Below, piece by piece: positions 16,381 to 25,629 of a DNA stretch of 64,000 bases. This DNA comes from Candidatus Alloenteromonas pullistercoris (GTDB lineage Bacteria > Bacillota_I > Bacilli_A > RFN20 > CAG-826), in assembly GCA_017694295.1 (NCBI GenBank), contig JADINA010000012.1, forward strand, positions 3,150 to 67,149. The letters are read 5' to 3'. The position numbers and the translations under genes are program-made. Under the pieces are notes generated by a model, which ran no database searches, had not been told where the DNA came from, and worked only from the letters and a program-made list of their open reading frames with translations. Position 1 is the first letter of the stretch. Each line of letters opens with the position of its first letter.

Positions 16381-19143
16381 TTAGGCTTTCTTAACCTTTC
16401 CCTTTATCCAGAGGATGAGGGCGACGATTTCGTGAATCACAAGCGGCACGATGGCCAGCAAGAAGACCCATAGATAGTCCATCGGATGGTCATGAAGCGG
16501 GTAGACTCTAAAGAAGGTGTTGACGTAGGGGATCTCGATTACGGCGATCTGCAGGGCAAGCCCAACGAAGAACGCGATGAAGAGCATCTTGTTGAAATCC
16601 TTGAAGATGTGGACGAAGCTCTTGCGAACGTTGGTCATGCCAAGCATATGGAAGAGCTCGGAGAAGGCGAGGGCGCAGAAAGCCATCGACTGGGCCTCCT
16701 CGATGACCCAATGCCACTGGTTTTCTTCGGAATCGGTTTTGATGGCGTTTAGGAACTCCCAGAGGTTGAGCGAGGTGCCCATTTGGGCGTTATATAGCTC
16801 AAGCTCATTGATGGGCGCGATGAGGAAGGCGGCGAGGGTAACCAGCCCGATGACCACGCCATAGCCAAACGTCACGAGGTAGCCGCCATGGCTGAACAGC
16901 GATTCCTTCGGGTCGCGGGGCTGGTCGCGCATGATGTCGTCTGGCTTCTTGTCGGCGCCAAGGGCGATGGCCGGAAGCGAGTCGGTGATGAGGTTGACCC
17001 AAAGCAGGTGGATGGCGATAAGCGGCGAGGGGATGCCCATGATGGCGGCAAGCAGCATCGCCACGACCTCGCCGATGTTGGAGGAAAGGAGGAAGAGGAC
17101 GGTCTTCTTGATGTTGGCGTATATGCCCCGCCCCTCCTCGACGGCTTTCTCGATGGAGGCGAAGTTGTCGTCGGTCAAAACCATGTCGGCCGCCCCTTTG
17201 GCGACGTCGGTCCCGGTTATGCCCATGGCAACGCCGATGTCGGCCGCCTTTAGCGAGGGGGCGTCGTTGACGCCGTCCCCGGTCATGGCGACGGTTTTGC
17301 CGTTGGCCTTGATGGCCTTGACGATGGAAACCTTATTGGAGGGCGAAACACGGGCGAAGACGCGAACGGTCTTGACCTTCTCGCGCAGCTGCTCTTCGCT
17401 GCAAGCGTCGATCTCGTCGCCCGACATGCATTGGCTCGGCTCGGAGGCGATGCCAAGCTCTTTGGCGATGGCAAAGGCCGTGTCTCGGTGGTCGCCGGTG
17501 ATCATGATGGTGACGATGCCGGCTTTCTTAAGCGTGGCGACGGCCGGGGCCGCGGCTTCGCGCGGGGGATCGACCATGCCGACGAGGCCGACGAAGATGA
17601 GGTTTTCCTCCTCAAGCTCACCCTCCTCTTTATAGGCGAGGGCCAAGACGCGGAGGGCCTTGGAGGACATAAGGGAGGAGGAAGCAACGATATTATCCTT
17701 GTCCTCCTGCGTGATTTTCCTCACCTCGCCGCCGTCTAAGATGCGGGAAGAGTACTTAAGAAGCTGATCCATCGCCCCTTTGGTGTATTGGATGTGGCCG
17801 TTTTCCGTTTTGTGGTAGGTCGACATCATCTTCCGCACCGAGTCGAAGGGGATCTCGTTCTCGCGCGGGGTTTCCTTCTCGATTTCCGATTTGGGGAAGC
17901 CGAGGGATTGGGCGAATTCGACTAAGGCGACTTCGGTCGGGTCGCCGTAGACGCCGTTTTCGATTGAGGCGTCGGAGCAAGCCGACAAGCCGCGGGAAAG
18001 CAAAGAGAGGATGGAGACGTTGTCCTTAAAGGAGTCTTTGGAAAGCTCGAATCCCGGGACATAGGCCTCGACGACGGTCATCTTGTTTTGGGTGAGGGTG
18101 CCGGTTTTATCCGAGCAGATGACGGAGACGGCGCCAAGCGTCTCAACCGAGGCGAGCCGACGGACGATGGTGTTGACCTTGACCATCTTGCCGACGCCCA
18201 AAGCCAAGACGATGGTGACGACCGCGGTCAGGCCTTCGGGGATGGCGGCGACGGCCAAGGCGACGGATTCAAGCAAGGCATTGGACCATTCGGAGGCGAT
18301 GTTGTGTTGAGCCAAAGCCCAGATGATTTTGACCACGAGCATCAAGATGACGATGCCAACGGTTAGATAGCCAAGGAACTTCGAAAGCCCGGCGAGCTTT
18401 TTCTGAAGCGGGGTCATCTCCTCTTCCTCGCCGGAAAGCATCGAGGCGATGCGACCGATCTCGGTCTTCATCCCGGTGGCGATGACGACGCCTTCGCCGC
18501 GCCCATAGACGATTGGGGTCGACATGAAAACCTCGTTGACCCGATCGCCGACGCCAGATGGCTCGCTTAAAACGATCGAGGCGTCTTTCTCGCTTGGGAC
18601 CGATTCGCCGGTGAGGGAGGCCTCATCGGCCTTCATGCGTGCGCTTTCGGTGAGGCGGATGTCGGCGGGGACGGTCCGCCCTTCGTTTAGGATGACGATG
18701 TCGCCTTCGACGACGTCTTCGGCCGGGATGTCAAAAACCTCGCCACCGCGTCTAACCGTCGCAGTCGGGGCCGACATCTTCTTCAAAGCCTCGAGGGCCT
18801 TTTCGGCCTTCATCTCCTGCACGGTGCCGATGGTGGCGTTCAAGACGACGACGGCGAAGATGATGATGACGTCGGCGATGCCCTCAAGCTCAAATTTCTT
18901 TTGTTGCACCATTTCGACTATGCCAAGGGCAAGCGAGATGAGGGCCGCCACCCCGAGGATGATGGTCATCGGGTCCTTCATGTTGCCGAAGAAGATGACG
19001 TACCACGGGTCCTTTTTCTTCTCCGCCAATTTGTTTTTACCGTTTTTCTCAAGCCGGCGCGCCGCCTCTTCCTTCGTCAACCCTGTTTTCGGATCGACCG
19101 AAAACTCATCCAAGGTTTTTTTGGCGCTTCGATCTTCGTACAT
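16381..19143 (-). CDS. P-type (P2, Ca2+/Mn2+-type) cation-transporting ATPase
   Basis: 920 aa. Cation_ATPase_N-like LTKEEAARRLEKNGKNKL, phosphorylation site ICSDKTGTLTQNKMTV, hinge MTGDGVNDAPSLKAADIGVAMG, and about 10 TM segments. Confidence 0.9.
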   Translation of the reverse strand: MYEDRSAKKTLDEFSVDPKTGLTKEEAARRLEKNGKNKLAEKKKDPWYVIFFGNMKDPMTIILGVAALISLALGIVEMVQQKKFELEGIADVIIIFAVVVLNATIGTVQEMKAEKALEALKKMSAPTATVRRGGEVFDIPAEDVVEGDIVILNEGRTVPADIRLTESARMKADEASLTGESVPSEKDASIVLSEPSGVGDRVNEVFMSTPIVYGRGEGVVIATGMKTEIGRIASMLSGEEEEMTPLQKKLAGLSKFLGYLTVGIVILMLVVKIIWALAQHNIASEWSNALLESVALAVAAIPEGLTAVVTIVLALGVGKMVKVNTIVRRLASVETLGAVSVICSDKTGTLTQNKMTVVEAYVPGFELSKDSFKDNVSILSLLSRGLSACSDASIENGVYGDPTEVALVEFAQSLGFPKSEIEKETPRENEIPFDSVRKMMSTYHKTENGHIQYTKGAMDQLLKYSSRILDGGEVRKITQEDKDNIVASSSLMSSKALRVLALAYKEEGELEEENLIFVGLVGMVDPPREAAAPAVATLKKAGIVTIMITGDHRDTAFAIAKELGIASEPSQCMSGDEIDACSEEQLREKVKTVRVFARVSPSNKVSIVKAIKANGKTVAMTGDGVNDAPSLKAADIGVAMGITGTDVAKGAADMVLTDDNFASIEKAVEEGRGIYANIKKTVLFLLSSNIGEVVAMLLAAIMGIPSPLIAIHLLWVNLITDSLPAIALGADKKPDDIMRDQPRDPKESLFSHGGYLVTFGYGVVIGLVTLAAFLIAPINELELYNAQMGTSLNLWEFLNAIKTDSEENQWHWVIEEAQSMAFCALAFSELFHMLGMTNVRKSFVHIFKDFNKMLFIAFFVGLALQIAVIEIPYVNTFFRVYPLHDHPMDYLWVFLLAIVPLVIHEIVALILWIKGKVKKA

Positions 19144-19159
19144 ATTTGCCAGTCCTTTC

Positions 19160-19260
19160 CAAAGAAGGTCAGGTCTCGCGAGGCGTTACCCCCCTGTTCC
19201 GGCCTTTCGGCGTGCTTGTCGATAACAGGGCAAGGCGCTACTCCCCTTACCGGGCGTATA
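19160..19260 (-). promoter_or_regulatory. yybP-ykoY (Mn2+-sensing) riboswitch candidate in the leader of the P-type ATPase
   Basis: The minus strand reads GGUAAGGGGAGUAGCGCCUUGCCCUGUUAUCGACAAGCACGCCGAAAGGCCGGAACAGGGGGGUAACGCCUCGCGAGACCUGACC. It contains the conserved GGGGAGUAGC and GAGACC boxes. GGUAAGG/CCUGACC form a P1-like closing helix with one mismatch. CCCUGUU/AACAGGG form an internal helix that contains UCGACA and a GAAA-capped hairpin. It ends about 30 nt before the ATG. Confidence 0.7.
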
Positions 19261-19283
19261 GCCTATCACAAAGCAAAGCCGAT

Positions 19284-19904
19284 TTAAATACGGCGAAGCC
19301 TTTCCAAGGTGAAGAGGATGGCGACGGCCATGATGACCTCCGAAAGCGGAAGCAAAATGAGGGAGGATAGCGCAAGCGAGCCGACGTCGCCGAGGAAGAA
19401 GAAAATCGACCAAAGCGAGAGGCCGAACAGGACAAGCAAAATGGCGGCGTAGACGATGGCGAATATCCTAACCTTCCTAAACGAGGCGAGGGGATCGACC
19501 ATGTAGCGGGCGATTTTGGCGTAAAGCATGAAGCCGATGACCCCGCCGGCCAAAACCAAGGCCAGGTAGAAGACGTTGATGACGATGGAAAGGGGGTTGG
19601 CCATATTGAAGAGGATGGCCAAATCGATTCCGCCCATGAAAACCGACCATATTTGGTCAAAGGCCATGAAGAAGACGAATAAGGTGATGCCGCGGTAGGC
19701 GTTGTTGTCGTTGCGAATGTTGTAGAAGAGGATCATCCCGTAGGAGAGAAAATAAAGGAGGTAATTCCAAAGCGAGGTGAAGCTCGCCCCAACTAGCGAA
19801 ACCTCCAAGGCAAAGGAAGAAGCGAGCATCAAGAAGGCGATGGTCGAAAGCGACACGGCCAGTATTTTGTTTTTCCTATGTTTTAGGTAAAGCCGCCAGT
19901 TCAT
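19284..19904 (-). CDS. Hypothetical polytopic membrane protein (start uncertain)
   Basis: Six or more hydrophobic helices. I placed the start at ATG 19904 (MNWRLYLKHRKNK) so that the AT-rich divergent intergenic region is left non-coding. Alternatives are ATG 19997 and the track start at 20075. Confidence 0.55.
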   Translation of the reverse strand: MNWRLYLKHRKNKILAVSLSTIAFLMLASSFALEVSLVGASFTSLWNYLLYFLSYGMILFYNIRNDNNAYRGITLFVFFMAFDQIWSVFMGGIDLAILFNMANPLSIVINVFYLALVLAGGVIGFMLYAKIARYMVDPLASFRKVRIFAIVYAAILLVLFGLSLWSIFFFLGDVGSLALSSLILLPLSEVIMAVAILFTLERLRRI

Positions 19905-20041
19905 AGCCGGAATAATACAAAAACGGTATCCAGAAAGTAAACAAAACCGCAAGATAAAGGCAAAACAATAGGAAAAGCCAACTAAATATTTGAACATTTC
20001 CCCACGCATAGGCGTATAGTAACGGCCTTGGAGGTGCTCCC

Positions 20042-21439
20042 ATGCCCCAAATCGCCGCCTTAATCGATTCCTCATTCACCGATCAGCCCTATATGGTGCT
20101 GCTGCCGCTTGCCTTCATCTTGATCTTCGGCAAGGGGCTGTCTCTATTGATGGCGAAGATCAAAGTGCCCGAGGTCGTCGGCTACCTGCTTGGCGGATTG
20201 CTCGTCGGGCTTTTCTACCTCATCCCCGAGGAAAGCCAATTCATCCTCACCCCCTATTCGGTCGAAGGGATCAACGACCTAGCGAAGATCGGGGTCGTCC
20301 TTATTTTGTTCGAAGCCGGCATCGAGACCAACCTCGGACAAATAAAAAAGCAAGGCAAATCGAGCATGATCATCACGGCCATGGGCGTCATCTTCCCCCT
20401 TGTCCTGGGCTTTTTGGTGGCTTTCATGTTCCGCTACCTCGGCCATATGGACGAGGAATTCTACTTCGCCCTTGAGCAAGCCGGGAAGAGCCCCTTCTAC
20501 TCGGATATCTACTATGGCGTCATCCTAACGGCCACAAGCGTATCAATCACCGTCGCCACGCTTAAGGAGCTTGGCAAGCTAGACGGCCCGGTCGGCACAT
20601 CGCTAGTAAGCGCCGCCATCATCGACGACGTCATCGGCATCGTCTTGCTTAGCATCGTCATCTCCCTTTCCGGCGGCTCGGAGGCCGACGCCCCCTGGGT
20701 CATCCCGACCGGAAGCGGCCCTTGGTCGGTCGTCTTCCTCATCCTCATCATGGCCGCTTTCTTCGGCTTGTCCATTGGGCTTGGCATCGGGGTCCATAAG
20801 CTCTTCGACTGGATGGGGAGGAAATGGCCGCACCACCGCCGCATCCCGATGTTCTCCCTGGGCTTTTGCTTCCTTTGGGCCTTTATGGCGGAGATGTTTC
20901 ACATCGCCGACATAACCGGGGCCTATTTAGCGGGCTTGATCCTTTCCAATACCTCGGCCTCCAAATACATCGACCACCGGATGGACACCACCGCGAACGT
21001 CCTTTTCACCCCGGTTTTCTTTGCCTCGGTCGCCTTGAAGATGTTCACCTCGCTTGGGATCGGCTCGGGCGGATCCTCGGTTGGCCAAATTAGCGGTCTG
21101 TTCATCCTCTTCGGCGTCTGCTGGGTCGTGGTCGGGCTGCTTGGGAAGGTCCTTGGGGCCGGAACCGGGGCTTTGATATCCAAATCCAAGCCAAAAGACG
21201 CCCTGATTATCGGCGTTGGCATGATGGCGAGGGCCGAGGTCGTCATCGTCACGGCCCAAGAAGGGGTCGATTCGCGTTTGGTCGAGGCCGGCATAATACC
21301 CTTCACCCTCGTCTTGATCTTAGCCTCGAGCTTCCTAACGCCCATCTTGCTCCGCGTATTGGAAAAGCGCGGCAAAAAGGCTTTAATTGAAGGCACAGAG
21401 CAGCAGGAGGAAAAGGAAAATGGACAAGAAACCGCTTAA
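20042..21439 (+). CDS. Cation:proton antiporter (CPA2 / Na_H_Exchanger family)
   Basis: 465 aa and about 12 TM helices. The N-terminus LLPLAFILIFGKGLSLLMAKIKVPEVVGYLLGGLLVG is typical of KefB/NapA-type exchangers. There is no RCK domain. Confidence 0.75.
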   Translation: MPQIAALIDSSFTDQPYMVLLPLAFILIFGKGLSLLMAKIKVPEVVGYLLGGLLVGLFYLIPEESQFILTPYSVEGINDLAKIGVVLILFEAGIETNLGQIKKQGKSSMIITAMGVIFPLVLGFLVAFMFRYLGHMDEEFYFALEQAGKSPFYSDIYYGVILTATSVSITVATLKELGKLDGPVGTSLVSAAIIDDVIGIVLLSIVISLSGGSEADAPWVIPTGSGPWSVVFLILIMAAFFGLSIGLGIGVHKLFDWMGRKWPHHRRIPMFSLGFCFLWAFMAEMFHIADITGAYLAGLILSNTSASKYIDHRMDTTANVLFTPVFFASVALKMFTSLGIGSGGSSVGQISGLFILFGVCWVVVGLLGKVLGAGTGALISKSKPKDALIIGVGMMARAEVVIVTAQEGVDSRLVEAGIIPFTLVLILASSFLTPILLRVLEKRGKKALIEGTEQQEEKENGQETA

Positions 21440-21866
21440 GGCCTTCCGGTGCGGGGCCAATGTCGTCGGTTATCGCAAAGACGGCAAAAGGTTCGGCATG
21501 ACCTGCGCCTGGGCCATGATGATCGATTACTCGAAAGTCGCCTTGCTCCTTGGCGGGCAGGCTGACACCTCGAAAAACCTGACGGTTGGGCAAGAAATCG
21601 GAATCAGCGCCCTTTCCGCCTCCCAAGCCCCAATATCGGCCAACTTCGGGCGCGGCCATAGCCTTAGCCGGGATAAGTTCGCCTCTATCGATTTCGAGGA
21701 AAAAGGCGAGGCGATCCTCATAAAAGGGGCGAAGGTCAAAATGTGGGGACAAGTCTCCGGCATTCAGGACTTCGACGGCGACAAGCTCGCCTTCATCGAA
21801 TTAAAGGACTACGAGCAAGACGATGGCCTCGACTTCCTCGACGGATACGACCCGAAGGCCTATTGA
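21420..21866 (+). CDS. Flavin reductase-like (FMN-binding split-barrel) domain protein
   Basis: Start at ATG 21420 (MDKKPLKAF) with AGGAGG 9 nt upstream. GMTCAWAMMIDYSKVALLLG...SRDKF... fits the flavin_reduct pattern. Overlaps the antiporter 3' end by 20 nt. Confidence 0.5.
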   Translation: MDKKPLKAFRCGANVVGYRKDGKRFGMTCAWAMMIDYSKVALLLGGQADTSKNLTVGQEIGISALSASQAPISANFGRGHSLSRDKFASIDFEEKGEAILIKGAKVKMWGQVSGIQDFDGDKLAFIELKDYEQDDGLDFLDGYDPKAY

Positions 21867-22988
21867 TCACCAATAACGGAGTTTAGGCAAAGGATGGAGG
21901 ATGATCTGCTCGGCGTAAGGCGAGGAGACGAACCCTTCATCCTTTTCCTTCAGGTAAGCCAATAAACCACCTGGATAGGAGAGGAAGCAGCGCCTTGCCA
22001 CCTCCAAGGTGAGTTTGGAATCGTCTAAAGCCCGATGCGGGGTGATGCCTTCGGGCAAGCTTCCCCCAAACCCGGCAAGGGCGTCTTCAAGGGAAAGCGA
22101 CCGTTCCGAGCCAAGCATCCGATCGGCAAGGGGCTGAAGGTCGAGGGAAAGGAAGCTTGGCCCCTTAATCCCGTAACGGTAACAATCGCCCATAATGAAG
22201 CGGACGTCGTTAAGCGAGGCGAAGCCGATGGGCAAGGTGCCCTCCTCAAGCAGGAGCTTTTCGATTTGGGGCAAAATGGCAGGGAAAAGCATCGCCTTTT
22301 CGTATTCTTCAGACGAATGGAAAAGCGAGATGCCCCGCCTCCCGCCAAGTCGGAAAGGGGCGTCGGGATTGCAAAGCAATTCGCATTCGGAAACGACGTT
22401 GAAGGACAAATCGGTCGTAACCGAGCCAAACTCGCAAATCTTCCCTATTCCCTGATCGGAATTGGCGCATTCCAAATCGAAAAATAGCAATTTGCGGACT
22501 TTTTCCGGCTCAAAGGCGGATAACAGAGTTTCCCTTTCCCTCTTCATGTCTTTTAAGGCGATAAAGGCAATGCGATGCAAGGGGAAGGAAAGGAAGCAGT
22601 CTTGGTAATCCTGGCTAATGAGGGAAGAGGGCTCCTCCCCCTCGAAGTCGGCGAAATGAAGCATAAAGGAAAATGAGGGGGATCCGGCCAAGACGACTTG
22701 CTCATCGAACTGGGTGATGGCCTCCGAATAGGTTATGTCCTCTTTCACCCCGTAATAGGCGCGGAAAAGCCGCTTGAGGTCGAAAAGGGCGAAGGGGGTG
22801 CAGTTTAAACTTGGGGAAAGGAAGAAGGCGGAGGCGTCGAAGGTTATAGGGAACGCGCTATGCAAAAGGGCGATAAAACGCGGATCCGCAACATCAAGGC
22901 GGCCTTTCTCCTTTAGAAGGAGGCGTTCGTCGCTAAGGCAATAGGAAACATCGTCGTCTGACGGGTTGTAATCGAGGAAAAGATACAT
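21867..22988 (-). CDS. Two-domain protein: unknown N-terminal domain plus C-terminal DEDDh-type 3'-5' exonuclease domain
   Basis: Start at ATG 22988 (MYLFLDYNPSDDD) overlaps the upstream stop by 1 nt (TGATG). Exo I is LLFFDLECAN, an Exo II-like block is ASLNDVRFIMGD, and Exo III is HRALDDSKLTLEV. Confidence 0.65.
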   Translation of the reverse strand: MYLFLDYNPSDDDVSYCLSDERLLLKEKGRLDVADPRFIALLHSAFPITFDASAFFLSPSLNCTPFALFDLKRLFRAYYGVKEDITYSEAITQFDEQVVLAGSPSFSFMLHFADFEGEEPSSLISQDYQDCFLSFPLHRIAFIALKDMKRERETLLSAFEPEKVRKLLFFDLECANSDQGIGKICEFGSVTTDLSFNVVSECELLCNPDAPFRLGGRRGISLFHSSEEYEKAMLFPAILPQIEKLLLEEGTLPIGFASLNDVRFIMGDCYRYGIKGPSFLSLDLQPLADRMLGSERSLSLEDALAGFGGSLPEGITPHRALDDSKLTLEVARRCFLSYPGGLLAYLKEKDEGFVSSPYAEQIILHPLPKLRYW

Positions 22989-24916
22989 CAGTTGACCGAG
23001 GCGGCGTTCATCATCGAATAGGCCATGAAGCCGATGGCGACGCCGAGGGCGATTATGAACAAGGCAAGGATGAGGTAAGTCCAAATCCGGCTCCGCTCCT
23101 TATAGAAGCAAAGGGAAAGGCCGTATGTCCAAATGCCCAGGATTAGCAAAGGGAGCCTCACGATCGACGCTCCGACAAGCGAATCCTCGCTGAGGGCGAA
23201 GAAGACGGCGGAGCAAAGAAGGAGCAAGACGCCTAGCAACCCAAAGCCGCGATAAAGGGCCATCGAGCCTTTCTCGTCGCGCCCAAAGAAGAGGAAGCCG
23301 GAAAGCATGGCGAGGAAGATCACGATGCCAAAGGGCAAGGCGTAGATGGCGGTCCCGATGTATTCGGATACCGAGTTCAAATACATCAAGGCATAGGCGA
23401 CCGCGGCCAAAACCGCCGGGATGGGTATCATGAACAGCCAGAAAAGGACGTAACGGAGCAAACCCCAAGATTTGACGTAGGCCGATTTCATCTTTTTCCC
23501 AAGTGGGGATTTCAAAGCCGAGGGGTTCTCACCGTTAAAGATGCGAAGCTCCGGCACATCGGTTTTCACCAAGGCTTTGTGGGCTTTTGGCGAGCGGAGC
23601 AAATCCTCCTTCATCTCCTTCCACCCTTCCTTGATGGTCGACCCGACGTGGAAATCGAGGTAGCAAAGGTCTTTGGCCATCTTCTCGAGGTCCCCTTTGC
23701 GCGTCCTTAGCCTCGTCCTCTCCAGCACGGCGAAGACAAGCCGCTGCTTCTCCTCATCCAGCCCAAAGGAGATGGCGGAGGCGAGGAAGGAAACCTTCTT
23801 GTCGAAGCTAAGCGGCTTAAGCGACTTGAGGGTGATGTCGAATTTGGTCGAATCGATGAGGGGAAGGGAGATGAAACGGGCCAATAACTCAAGCGATTCG
23901 GCGTCGCCGTCGCTTGATTTGGCGGACAAAATGACGACCTGGTCTTTGTAGGAGGAGGCGTCTTTGCGCAGGGCGTTTTGGCAAAGGAAGTCGTCGCGGA
24001 ATTCCTTGACGTCTTTGGCGTCGCGATAGCTCGGATGGGCGATGAGGGCGTTATCGATGTCATCGCGCAAAGCAAAGACGGCAAGCGCCTTGTCGATGTT
24101 GGGCTCCTCGTCGAAATAGAGGGCTGCAAGCTCGTTGTACTCGTCGATGATGGTTTTCGATAAAGCCTTCTCGACCAAGGCGGTCTGGGCGCTTAAGGCA
24201 GGCAAGGCGGTGAGCAATTGGCCCCTTTCGGCGATGACGGCCCCCAATGTGTCGGGGTCATGGGCCGAGGAGGATTCGCGGGCGTTAAGCAGGAAAAGCT
24301 TATAACGGGCCGCCTCGTCTAGCAGAGCTTCCTTTTCGCGGGCGCTATGGTAGGCGGTCGGCAAATCGCCGATATCCTCGAAAAGGGCATCGGCTTCCGC
24401 TTCCCCGCAATAGGGAAGGCCGATCTCGGCGTTATGGCGGCATCTAAGCAAGGCGAGCTTGGCTTTCTCGTAGGCGATATGCTCAACCCCGAGCTCGCGG
24501 ATGGGTTTGCCCCACTCCGCCTCGATCTCAAGGCAATGGGATTCCATCGAGCGGAGGATGTCGGAGGCCGAATCGTAAAGCCCCCGCTGCTCAAGCCGGG
24601 CAAGGGCCATGATCTGGCGGCGGAGCATGGAGACGAAGGAGGAGAGGAACTTGACGTTTTCGTTGCTTTGGGCCAGTTCCTCCTCGGCCCGGGCGACTTT
24701 GGCTTGGCAAAGCAAAAGCTTCTCCCGGGAAAGGCTCATCTCGGCGATGTCGGCGCGCGACTTGTCAAGCTTAAGCTCGACATGGGCGCTAAGCGACTCG
24801 AGCATGGTCAGCGAATTGGTAAGTGAGGCGTTGACCTGGCTTTTCAAGGCCACCCTCTCGGAGGCTTCCTGCACTTGGGCGCTTAGCGACGGGGCTTGCT
24901 TCATTTCCTCGCTCAT
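22988..24916 (-). CDS. Hypothetical protein: ~470-aa coiled-coil/helical cytoplasmic region plus ~5 C-terminal TM helices
   Basis: 642-aa ORF. Its ATG overlaps the upstream stop (ATGA at 24913-24916). The N-terminal third is heptad-like and rich in E/K/L/A. The C-terminal hydrophobic segments run from WLFMIPIPAVLAAVAYAL to ILALFIIALGVAIGFMAY. Confidence 0.7.
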   Translation of the reverse strand: MSEEMKQAPSLSAQVQEASERVALKSQVNASLTNSLTMLESLSAHVELKLDKSRADIAEMSLSREKLLLCQAKVARAEEELAQSNENVKFLSSFVSMLRRQIMALARLEQRGLYDSASDILRSMESHCLEIEAEWGKPIRELGVEHIAYEKAKLALLRCRHNAEIGLPYCGEAEADALFEDIGDLPTAYHSAREKEALLDEAARYKLFLLNARESSSAHDPDTLGAVIAERGQLLTALPALSAQTALVEKALSKTIIDEYNELAALYFDEEPNIDKALAVFALRDDIDNALIAHPSYRDAKDVKEFRDDFLCQNALRKDASSYKDQVVILSAKSSDGDAESLELLARFISLPLIDSTKFDITLKSLKPLSFDKKVSFLASAISFGLDEEKQRLVFAVLERTRLRTRKGDLEKMAKDLCYLDFHVGSTIKEGWKEMKEDLLRSPKAHKALVKTDVPELRIFNGENPSALKSPLGKKMKSAYVKSWGLLRYVLFWLFMIPIPAVLAAVAYALMYLNSVSEYIGTAIYALPFGIVIFLAMLSGFLFFGRDEKGSMALYRGFGLLGVLLLLCSAVFFALSEDSLVGASIVRLPLLILGIWTYGLSLCFYKERSRIWTYLILALFIIALGVAIGFMAYSMMNAASVN

Positions 24917-25266
24917 TTCCTTTCCTCCGATTCCCTGTCCTTGCTTTGCTCCAACTCAAGCACGGCCTGCAAATCGCAAACCGAATCGTTTAGGGAAAGC
25001 AAGGCCGCGGAGAAATCGTCCATGACGGCGATTTCCCTTTTCGTCAGCTCGGCGCATTCGCGGTTTAGCAGCTCGATGTCCTTTTTGGCCTCTTCCTTTA
25101 AGCGGGAGATGACCTCACTTTGCTTTTTGGAAAGCTCAAGGGAAAGGGCGGCGTTTTCCTTGGTAAGCTCCTCTTCCTTGGCGTTAAGCTCGGCAAGCTC
25201 GGATTCAAGCGAGGCGGTATCCTCCGCCCCCTCGCCAAGGGGAAAATTGGTTTTCTCTTCGTTCAT
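24913..25266 (-). CDS. Hypothetical coiled-coil protein (117 aa)
   Basis: E/K/L-rich heptad sequence (ELAELNAKEEELTKENAALSLELSKKQSEVISRLKEEAKKDIELLNRE). ATGA overlaps at both ends. Confidence 0.65.
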   Translation of the reverse strand: MNEEKTNFPLGEGAEDTASLESELAELNAKEEELTKENAALSLELSKKQSEVISRLKEEAKKDIELLNRECAELTKREIAVMDDFSAALLSLNDSVCDLQAVLELEQSKDRESEERK

Positions 25267-25532
25267 AGGCGGACCCCTTCCTCGCGGAAGGCGCTGTTAA
25301 GCTCTTCCTTCGCTTTGGCCAAAGCCTTCTCCAAGCGGGTTTTTGCGAGGGTTTCGGTGCTCTCAACAACCTCCCCGGCTATTCTTTCCGCATCCTGAAT
25401 AGTGGCTTTTTGCGCGTTGATATAACGTGTAAAACCCTCATGCATCGCCTCGTCGGCGGTCGAGGAAAGATATTCGGTTTTCCGCTTCAATTTCTCGCAA
25501 ACCGAAGCCAATTGCTCTTCGACTTTGTCCAT
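25263..25532 (-). CDS. Hypothetical all-helical protein (89 aa)
   Basis: ATG 25532 is preceded by AGGAGG. Its stop overlaps the next start (ATGA at 25263-25266). Confidence 0.6.
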   Translation of the reverse strand: MDKVEEQLASVCEKLKRKTEYLSSTADEAMHEGFTRYINAQKATIQDAERIAGEVVESTETLAKTRLEKALAKAKEELNSAFREEGVRL

Positions 25533-25629
25533 AAGGGCCTCCTAATTCGCCTAATTTTCAACCAAAAAAAGGAAAAGCGCAATATGATAGGCGAATTTGC
25601 CCATTAATAAATTGGTAAGTTGGGTTTGT

